DNA of 64,000 nt from Phaeosaccion multiseriatum. Its lineage: Eukaryota > Protista > Ochrophyta, other classes. Made by a program: the position numbers and the translations under genes. Shown here piece after piece: positions 39,480 to 49,483 of the stretch. The number at the start of each line of letters is the position of its first letter. Positions within the stretch are counted from its first letter, which is position 1. The notes under the pieces are model-generated. The model made no database searches, was not told the origin of the DNA, and saw only the letters and a list, made by a program, of their open reading frames with translations. The stretch is taken from contig OZ218960.1 in NCBI GenBank assembly GCA_965112735.1, positions 3,343,088 to 3,407,087 of the forward strand. Direction: 5' to 3'.

Positions 39480-40488
39480 TCAGAAGCCGAGATGCGAGCG
39501 ATAGAATTGCGTCTCGTGCGCCAGCCCGCTGCCCCACTTCTCATGTTGCCGCAGACGGATCGTGCTTTCCCGTTTAGACCTATGCCCTCTTTTGACATTC
39601 ACTCCTGGATCAAGGGCAGTGTGCGGGAGGGCGTTCTCGAACGCCTCTATGGCCTTGGCGTGTCCCCGCTCCAGTAACCACTCAGCCCATTCCCAGGTCT
39701 GGAAAGTGCCGCCGTCCGACACCGCCCACCGCACGTTATACTCTCGCCGCAGTGGCAGCCCCGTGGCTTTGCGCCAGCGGAACTTCACAATCCTCGCCAG
39801 CGTGGGCACTTTCCCTTCACTCACCTCGTCCAGCTCTAAGCTACGCTGCTCCTGCATTGCGCTGGTAGCCCACTGAGGAGAGCACCAACGGATATGATAC
39901 CTGGCGAACCCTTCCGGGAGACCGAAGGGCCGCTCGCTCACCCCATCGATGAACGGCTTCGTCAAGTCTCTGTGGTACGCCCGTTGCAGCTGCTCCACAC
40001 CATTGCCGCGCACCCGTTTCATAGACAGATACACTGCGCTGCGCTGCATGACCTGATAGTGCTCTTCACTCACCCGCCCATGCTGAGCACAGTAGGCCCC
40101 CAGAGATGGCCAAGGCAAGACTGTATAAGGACCATCCCACGAGTGCTGCAGAGCCTTGAGTTGCGCTGACGGGGGCCCTTCGAGTTCTTCCCCTTCTTGC
40201 TGGGCGGCGGCACCAGGACGATACAACATCACCTTGGTGCCGGGTCGCAGGGGCGTCGGCCAACGGCGTGAGGCGTTCTTCAGCTGCAATCTCCCGTGGT
40301 AGTCGCAGCGCCTCCCATTGACCACCGCCGCAGCCGCAGCCAGGCGTGCCCGCAGTTCGTGGACCCATGCCGAGGCAGACGAAAACGACCCGTCCTCCAC
40401 TAGCGCCGGAAGCATCGCCTGTAGAGGCACCGGGGGGTGCCGACCGAACAAGGCGTAGAATGGCGCCATCCCCGTGCTCTCCTGCGAG
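39480..40488 (-). CDS. pol: Integrase C-terminal part: GPY/F motif, chromodomain (~39636-39806), HEKWG...LGF tail; out of frame with the IN core by a 1-bp deletion near 40489
   Basis: ESTGMAPFYALFGR continues the IN core YAYNAA; WDGPYTVL; EYNVRW...TWEWAEWL. Confidence 0.88.
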
Positions 40489-43400
40489 CGGCATTGTACG
40501 CATAGGTGAGCCCGGCGACGTAATCTGGCCACTGCTGCATCTGTGACTCCACGGTCGTCGCCAACATGTCCTTGATCGTGGCCATGAAGCGCTCCACCTG
40601 CCCATTGGCCTGTTGGTGCATCGGCGTCGTGAACACTTGCGACGCCGATAGAACCCGCATCACATCGCCCATGAGCGCACTGGTGAACTGCGAGCCTTGA
40701 TCACTCACCAGCACTCGGGGCACACCCAGGGTGGTGACGACATGCCGCACGAAGGCCCGAGCAATACCTTCCGCCGTATAGTCCTGTGCCCTCAAAGGCA
40801 CCACCACTGTCCACTTCGTGAACCAATCCTGAAACACCAAGAGGTACTCCTCACCGCCCATGCCCATAGGAAAGGGGCCAGCCACATCAGCGCCCATGAC
40901 CGCCCAAGGTCCATCCACCTTGGAAATGGACGACAGCGGCACAGGCTTTGGCTGCCGGCGAGGAGTCTTGCGTGTCTGGCACGCCAGACAGGAGCGGGCC
41001 CAATACAGCGCATGTGCATTCATCTTCTCCCACCATACGCGCTCTTGCAGCGCGTCTAGCATACGTCCCGGGCCTTGGTGCCCACCTGCGATGGCATCGG
41101 TGTGGGCGGCATGCAGCAAGGCTGGCCGCATCTCCTTGGGCACACATACTTGTAGCCGAGTGTGCCGCACCCGCCACCGAAAGCCCCCAGGAGCCCACTT
41201 ACGCATCAAGAGCCCGTCCTCATCCACAAAGAACTCACCCCCACCTGCATCCACCACGCCGCCGGTGGGCCCAACCTGAACACGGCGACGGAGTGCTTCC
41301 AGCTCCGCATCAGCCCGCTGCGCACGCACCCACCACGCGGCCTCGACATGCAGACTGCCACCCAAAGCTCCAGCCGCTCGTCTGTGCGCCGCGGCAGCAG
41401 GCACCGTGCCTGGTAGAGACCACCCAAACTGTCGCTCTGCCTCTCGTCGATGCCCATCAAGCTCGCGCTGCAAGGTGGACTCCTGCTCCACCGGCTCCTT
41501 GGAAACTGAATCCACTGCATCCTCAGCTTCATTACCTGCATCCCCCGCTTCTTCCGTGACCAGTAGATCTGCCGTACCAGGCTCCGACGGCGACTCCGCA
41601 GCAGGCGGCTCCCCAGGGGGGGTGATGCGGCCCTCCTCCGTAACAAGCTCCTCACCCTCGGTGGCACTAGCAACGGCAGCTGGACACACCTCCGAGGGCA
41701 GACGAGACGCATCCTCCTCAAGCTCGGCCTCCCATGCAGCCCACGCATGAGCGGCCGCGGCACCCGTTTGCTGAGCCTCCGCTGGTGTGCACATCGAGAA
41801 GTAGTCACGCGACACCTGACGGACTTGCTTCCATGGCAACTCGATCATGGTATCTAGATGACTGGCCAACGCGCCCACCACCTTCCGCTGGCGCTTATAT
41901 GTCCGCGTGAACCGCTCCACCATCTGCATCATTGTCTCCCACGAGCACTGCAGTTTGAATTGCAGTTTGGCCAGGTCGAATACCTCCAACGTCTTGGAGT
42001 GGACACCAAAGATGTAGAGCGGTGACACGTGGTCGCGATCGCCCCAATAACCAACCGCGGCCTGCATGAACCTGCCGACTTGCATCTCCTCCTGCTCCGC
42101 AGGGGTGTGAGCAGGGCTCATCGCGCTAAGCTCCACCCCCGGGCCACCATGGACGAACGGCACACACTCCGCCATGCGAGGCCAGAGGCGGAGAAGCGCC
42201 GCAGCGTCAGCAAACGCGTACTCCCGTTGAGCAGCGGACAGCGGCCGCTTCGTCCAATCGGTGGCCCGCTCCTCCTTGCTAAGGTGTTGCTCCAAAAACA
42301 TGCTGACAAGGTCCTGGAGTCCGATGAACTGAGCATGTTCGGGGCACACGCGCTTAAAGAGGTCACTGGTGTCCACCAAGTTGACGATGTGCTGGACATG
42401 CTCCGCGAGCGCCGGCCATCGGCCCAGGGCACGTTGGTCGTGACTCCAGTGGTGAGCCAGCTTCACAATCGAGGGTTCGGCCCACAGGTCCCGCAACACT
42501 TGCGCCAGTACCATCATACCCCCCGCCTTCTGAAGCGCGTCTAGATCAATCAAGAGCCCATAGTCACGCGCCACATCCGGCAGCGGCCCAACCTGCACGG
42601 CCAATTGCAGCAGCGACGCGCGCCGTCGGTGACGCGCCCACTCCGAATCCATAGCGACCACTTTGGCTGTGCGCAACTGAGTCGATAGAGCCTGCACGTG
42701 CCTCGGCGTAGACACGTACGTGCACCTCGCTGCGGAAATGTGGCTCACAAATGGCGGCATCTGACCCGGCTGCCAGGCCTCTATCACAGCCTTCTTCACA
42801 CCCAGCTGAGGTGCTAGCGTAGGCTGCCATCCACATTGCTGGAGACGCTGTGTCCAAGCACGCCGAGCAGTACCCCTGCGTGACTGCGTCGCCGACAAGT
42901 CCACCTCTGCAGTCTGCCAGGCTTGTAGGGCCTCCGCTCCGCTCTGCTGCTGGTGGTGGCACCGTTGCTGCTGTTGCTGGGCCGTCACGGCAGGCACAGG
43001 AATAGGAAGGCGTGTGTCGGCTTCGCCCTGCAGCTGTTGCGCCACTGCGAGAAAGCGAAGCAGTGCGCCCTCCGTGGGCTCCTCCCAATGAAGGCTGCAC
43101 TCGTCCCCTACCATCTCCACCAGGTTCAACTGCACCCCCATCGAAGCACACCAGGTGTGCAAGGGCGACGGCCACTCGCACTCAACCATGGCCAAGTCTA
43201 CCCCCGCATGCGTCTCCCACTCCTGCACCGGAAGCGCGTTGCGAGAGAGGCAGTCAGGCACCACCATTTGCTTCCCGGGACGATGCACAAACTGCAAGTG
43301 GTGCGTAGAGAGCCGCTCGTACCATCTGAACAGCTTGGAATTGGTATCCTTGTGCCCAGCCAACCACAACAAGGGCTGATGGTCCGTCACCACTGTGGTG

Positions 43401-45039
43401 GGGTAGTGGCAGATGTACATGGCCAGTTTACGCACACACCACACCACTGCCAGCAGCTCCAGCTCCGTGCTGCTCAGTCGCGCCTCCGTCTCCGTGGTAG
43501 CCCGACTGATGAACGTCACCACACGCTCCTCCCCGGTCGCATCTTTCTGAGAGAGCACTCCTGCTAACCCTTCCGTCGAGGCATCGGTGCTCAGGGTGAA
43601 AGTCGTCGCTGGCCCGTACTCCGGAAAAGCCAGTGCAGGGGAAGACAACAAGTCGGCAACGAGTCCATCCCAAGCTGCATCGTGCGAGGCATTCCAGGCG
43701 GTGCTCACGTCGACGCCCTTACGCAGCAGCCCATTGAGAGGCCGCACCTTGCGCGCAAACTCCGGAATGAAACGGCGAAAGTAGCTGAGCATGCCAATGA
43801 AACGCCGCACCTGCTTAACTCGATTGACGCCGCCATCCTTCGCAAGCAACCTCAACGGCTTGACCAGCTCTTGCACCGCCGCATGCTTGGCCGGGTCTGT
43901 GCGCACCCCATTCTGATCCAGCAAATGCCCGCAGAACCGCACCTCCGGTGCACCCAATACAGCCTTACTCGGCTCCAACTTGAGCTTGTGCTCCACCAAC
44001 CGCGCAAGCACAGCATCCAAATGCTCCAGATGCTGCTCAACCGTAGCCGAAAACACAGCAATATCGTCCACAAAGCATGCCACATGCTCCTGAAGCCCCT
44101 TGAGCACCTTATTCATAAGCCGCACAAAGACTGCAGGCGCATTCTTCGCGCCCTGCGGCATCACTCGCCAAGCGTAAGTACCACTGTGGCACACAAAGGT
44201 GGATATGTCCTCTTCCGCTGCTGATGCCATCGGCACATTGAAGTAGCCCGACATGATGTCCATCACCGAGAACACCTTGGAGCCATGCATCTCTGCCAGC
44301 AAATCATCAATCACCGGCATCGCAGGGGCCTCCGTGCGACACGCATCATTCAGCTGAGACAAGTCACACGTCATACGTACCACAGGCGTCCCATCCTCAT
44401 GACACTTGGTTTTGCCAGCTGCGTCCGTCTTCAAGACCGCCATCAGCGGAGTGGCCCAGCTGGAAGTGCTGGGGCGAATGATGGCAGCCGCGAGAAGCTT
44501 GTCAATCTCAATTTCAATCCCCCGCCGCAAATGGGGAGGATACCGTCGAGCGGAGCTCCGAATGGGCTGCTGATTCGCATCCTTCAGTCCCCACTCAAAG
44601 AAGAGAGTATCCGTCCGACCGTAGTCACCAGGCCTCTGACAGAATGCTTGCGACCGAGCGCGAAGGATCGCCACCAGTCCCCAGCGTTGCACCTCCGTCC
44701 AGGCACCGTCGCCAATCGTGATAGCGTGCAGGGGCGACGGTAGCTCCCTGAGCCAGAACTGAGCCCTCTCCGTAGTGAGCTTGGCACGGCGCCGCTGCTC
44801 CACCACAAGCTCTCCTGCATCCCACGACTCCACTCCCCCACCAAGACAGCGACTCTCCTGCAGCACCGTTCGCAATTGGATAAGGAGCAGCAGCGCATTG
44901 GTCATATCCTGCTCCACCTTCTCCTGCTGCTGTAATGGGCGACTAGACCACAACGACAAGAGCTGTTGGGCCCATGCGGCCACAGCAACGTCCCCAACGC
45001 CGCTCAGACCCGTGCCAGCGGCTTGGTGTACATGGGGGC
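40489..45039 (-). CDS. pol: Pol: reverse transcriptase, RNase H, DEDDy 3'-5' exonuclease, integrase (HHCC + DDE)
   Basis: RT: DIMSGYFNV, MPQGAKNAP, FVDD. RH: TDAS, ELELLAVV, TDHQPL, PDCLSR. Exo: MDSEW, HHWSHD, YAFAD. IN: H..H..C..C, ADVAGPF, SDQGSQF, NGQVERF. Confidence 0.95.
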
Positions 45040-45131
45040 TGTAGCGGTATATAAGGAGTCATTGGCTCGCTATAAACCATTCAGCGCTGAATGGTTTATA
45101 GCGAGCCAATGACTCCTTATATACCGCTACA
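45040..45131. mobile_element. 92-bp perfect-palindrome mini-element (MITE-like), TGTAG...CTACA, 4-bp TSD GGGC
   Basis: The two 46-bp arms are exact reverse complements; GGGC at 45036-45039 and 45132-45135; removing 96 bp restores the pol frame (LLLRPHVHQ). Confidence 0.92.
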
Positions 45132-48100
45132 GGGCGCAGGAGCAGTAGCGCGGTCACAGCCCCTTCCTCTGCCGCAACCAAGCACTCGCGCAGACGTCCA
45201 TACACTCGCTCTGACAGGTGAGGATACCACTCCTTGATCAACTGCACTCCTGCCATCAGAGTCCCACCGGACGTGTCACTCTGGCTACCGAGTCGCAAGG
45301 CACCATCCGCATCCAGTACCCACCCATCACCGCGTAGGTCAGTCAATGATGTGCCCACCGCCGCCGACGAGGAACCTGCCTCGGACCGTAGTGGCGGTTC
45401 CTCCGACGCCACTGACGATGGCGGTTCCTCCGACGCCACTGACGATGCCGCCCCTGTCACAGGCCTACTGGTGGAAGCAGCAGACACCGCCACGTGTTGG
45501 ACCTGCAGCGGATCTGTGCGAGAGGGTGGGAGCTCCTGCAACTGTGTCTGACGGCGTCGAGCTACCGCCGCCGTAGCCACCTGCTGCTGCACCGCATTGG
45601 ACCGCTGAACCTGCTGAGCTGCAGCCCGATCCGGTCGCTTAAAGAGCTCTTCCCGCTGGGCCTTGTGCCGTCGCTGCAATGCCCACTGGCGTTGCTGCCG
45701 TGCCTGCTGCTGTGCCGCTTGTAACCGCTTGGCCTGCTGCGTTGCCAACCATGCTGCTGTCTCCTCCGTCGAGTCAACTCGTGGTGTGTCAGCTCGTCTG
45801 GCCGGCACTCGCACTGTCCCCCCCCAGGAGGACGCCAAGGGCACTCGACGCTCCCGCGGCACCGGTCGTTGCCCCAAGTCGCTCCCCCAAGCGAGACGAA
45901 GCCCTCGGTGATGCCAGGCGCAGGAGCCGTCAGCGCACAGCTCCCGGCGCAGCGGCAAAACTTGTCGTCGCACTTGCTCATGGCGCTCCAACACTGCTTG
46001 CCGATGAACCTGGTCCCACAGCACAGGAGACTCCACAAGCATTGATGCCACTCGCCGACGTTGCCGCTGCAACCGCCCAGCACCCACTCGACTCTGACGA
46101 CACTGACTCCCCTTCTTGCCGCTGCGCTGCAAATGCTGAAACCGGGCCTTCACTGCCGGCTGAGGCACCAGAGTCGATGGCACCCCCACCTCAGTCCGTG
46201 GGTGCGTCAGGGCCTGCACCTGCACAGCTTGCAGCGGAAGCGCCGTAGCCCCCAGCTCAGCCTCCTCTGGTACCACCGAGCAGCGAACTACAGGCCCCTG
46301 CGGTGGGTACCAGACCGGCTCAGCTCCTGCTTCAGATTCAGCCGGCTGCGGCGACGCCTCCTCCTCCACCACAGACTCAACCGCCTCCCGCGCCTTGGAC
46401 CATGGCAGCCTGCGCTTCACCACACGCCTCACCATCCCGCCAAGAGCACCAAGCCAGGAGGAGGGGGCCGCTGCAGTCTCCGGCACGGTAGCTGAAGAAG
46501 CCGGCTCAGCGAGCATGAGCGCGGCCACCTCAGCGCTCGCCTCCGAGTCGAGCAAGCAAGAAGCCGTGCCGATGACCTGCCCAGGAACGACCACGATGAC
46601 CTGATTGTGGTGATTCTGCACTGTGATTCGGTAACTCTGCCCCCCAGCATACACACCATCTTTGTGCGCCACTAGAACCTGCTCGTGCTCCAGCCACCAA
46701 AGAACGTCCGCCTCTGCCGCCAAGTGTCCGTGAGCGCCCAGCTCCACCACCGCCTGGACACCCTCAGCGATACCCGTAAGCTCGAGGAGAAGGGACCCCG
46801 TCTGTCCAGGTCCCAAGCTCAAAGCCTCCACAGCACGTACCCCCCCAACAGCAGCGTTGCCGTCCACCACTGCCAGCACTTGCACAGCCAAGGCATCGGA
46901 CGGACGAGCATCCGACGTGGCCTCCTCCGAAGGAGTTGGAAGTACGTAGAGCTGCTTCGCACGATGATCGACGACTGCCCCTACTTGGGTGAAGAAATCC
47001 TGCCCCAAGAAGATGGGCCGCGCCAAGTGGTCCACCACATGAAAGGGTAGCACCGGCTGGCACGTCGGCGTGAGTCCCACCTGAAGCCAAACAAGCCCTC
47101 TGGACATAGTCTTGGCACGATTGTCAGCGTAAGACACCTGCACCCCCTTCTGCGTGGCGAGCTCTGACCGCTCCACCGTGCCATCCGCCACCAGTTGATT
47201 GAAACAGGCTGTCGAGATGCAGCCCGCTCCTGTGCACCCACTGTCCATCAAGGCTGTAAAGGCGCTCTTCTCCACGGCGTCGGCGGCACTGGCATCCCGT
47301 GGAGCGGTAGCGGCCAAGCAATGCCGAGCGTCACTGACCTTCACTGGCGAGCGCACCGTAACCTCGATCGTGTGACCCCGCCCTGCTGGGACTGCCGTAC
47401 GACCCGTGGCAGCCACCGCTTCGGCAATCTCAGCTCTCCGCACTGCTGTCTGCAAGGCGGCCACCCCCCCTGGAGCGTCCTCCATCCGCACACGGTAGAG
47501 AGCCAAGGCAGCGCGTTGCACACACCCCTCACACATAGCACACTCACTGTCAACAGCCGACGCACAGGCACAAGCTCCCGGACTGGGGGGCTCCTTGAGC
47601 AGAGCGACTCCCGCGCCAGGCTCCAAGGCGACTGCATGACAAGCACGCACAAACGGATCAAGGGCAAGCGTGTGCAGCCCCGCCTCCTCCGTCAACACAG
47701 CCGTGAAAGCAGCCTCCTGCTGATGCTGCTGTGCTGCTGCTGTCGCACGAGCACGCTGCCTCCGCTGCTTCCTCCGTACCCGCCGTCGAAGAGCTACTGC
47801 GCGCCTCGCTGCATCCTGCTGCTCCTGTGCCGCCTGCTCGTCACCCTTGCGCAGCGCTGCCTTCGCCTGCTGGGCACGCCGTCTCAACCACTTTGCTGCC
47901 ACCCTCTGCTCAGTCCTGCTCCGCCCCTCCGCCGGAGGCACCGCTGGAGACGTCAGCGGCAGGGTCCGAAGGCTCTGCTCCTGCTGCTGAAGCTGAACCT
48001 CCTCCTGCTGCTGAAGCTGAACCTGCCACACCCACTGTTCATGTTCCCCAGTGGGAGTGAATGGCGGAAGAGATGCTGCCCCGAGCGGCAAGGCCCGCAC

Positions 48101-49047
48101 GAGGCCCATGGCCTTGGCCTGTCGAGGCGTCACCAGGGAGCACAGCTGCTGAGGCTGAAGCTCATCGCTTGACGGTGGGCTGGCTTTTGCAACCTGGACG
48201 GCAGCCTCGACAGCATGACCCTGCTGCTGCTCCAATTGCTCCTGCTGCCCCCCCGCCACATGCGGCTGCTGCTCGGCAACCTGGACGACTACCTCGACAG
48301 CAGGACCCTGCTGCTGCTCCAGTTGCACCTGCGGTCCCGCCGGCTGCTGCTGCAGCAGCTGCTGCTGCTGGCCCAGCCGCTGTTGCCGCTCCTTCGTCGC
48401 ACGCAGTGCGCGCTGTTCTGGGAAGGCACACGCACGCACCCGCTCCAAACCCCTTGCATCCATCCAGACAGACTCGTGTTGCGCAACGGTTGCCGCCTCG
48501 CACTCAACCTCCCCAACTGCCAACGGTGGCGCCTGCTGCTCCGGACACTCACCCGCAACGACTGCATCCTCCTGGCGCAGAGGCAGCGGCAGCGCGACGT
48601 CAGGGCCGCTCGACGGCTCGACGGCAGAGCCGGGCTGCGGTGCTTCTACTAAGCACACGGAGCGTACCACTGGACACGGCTGCTGCTGCTGCTGCTGCTG
48701 CTCCGGCGGCGGCAGCTGCTCGACTGCGGAAGCCGCTGGCGCAGCCTCCTGGTGCGCGCCCTCCACGACTACCTCTACTGCACCCTGCGCCTGCTGCTGT
48801 ACCGCCGTCATCTCCGTGTGCTCACCAGCAACGACTGCATCCGGGCCGTCAGTGCCCCTCGACTGCTCGACCACAGAGCGTACCACAGGACCCGGCTGCT
48901 GCTCTAGCTGCCGCTCCGGCTGCTGGCGCTGCGGCTGCTGCGGCTGCCGCTCCAATGCTGGCAGCTGCTCGACCGCGGACGGCGCAGGCACAGCCTCTCT
49001 GTGCGCACCCTCCCCGACTACCTCTACTGCACGGCGCTGCTGCTGCG

Positions 49048-49088
<41 letters not shown>

Positions 49089-49372
49089 TGCTTGCGTCGC
49101 AGCTCAGCAAGTCTGTCGCCACACCACATGTCACTCCGATAAACTCTGATGGCAGGTGACTCCTGCTCTACACGACTAGCCTGACCGCTCCTACGCTGAG
49201 CGTCGGCATGGGGCAAAGGTGGGTCTGACAAACAAGATAGGTGCGAAGTACATTCATTATCTTCTACACTGCTCTTGCCCGCCCTCCCCCCCTGTTCCCC
49301 CACGCCGACGCTATCCTCACGCGCTGCGGTCGTGGTCCCCAGGGCTGCTGGCCAAGCAGCCCCGGGGCACCG
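45132..49372 (-). CDS. pol: Pol N-terminal part: long Q/A/V-rich spacer, aspartic protease (~46945-47265), second long spacer; same frame as gag and as RT
   Basis: FTALMDSGCT...IS, FHVVD...IFLGQDF protease motifs; 51562-49303 and 45061-44983 are both multiples of 3. Confidence 0.85.
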
Positions 49373-49375
49373 TCA
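49334..49375 (-). promoter_or_regulatory. Candidate stop-codon readthrough signal: UGA-CGG followed by a 13-bp stem-loop
   Basis: Minus strand TGA CGGTG CCCCGGGGCTGCT TGGCC AGCAGCCCTGGGG ACC. Confidence 0.6.
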
Positions 49376-49483
49376 GCCTTCGAACTTGAACCCGTCCTGC
49401 GCCGCCAGAGTGCCCGCCACCATTGCTGCTACGGCTTCAGACATGTCGGACTCCTGGTGCAGCGCTCTGACCGCCTGCCGCCG

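Noticed and set aside
40480-40495. Programmed frameshift within integrase
   Set aside because: No slippery sequence, and it interrupts the conserved YN...STG..PF motif; a 1-bp deletion or consensus error is simpler.
42170-42720. Extra domain as an additional archaeal-type RNase H, as in Tat or oomycete elements
   Set aside because: The motifs (DxE, LLQLA, DW..RPL...Q..YA..D) are DEDDy exonuclease, not RNase H.
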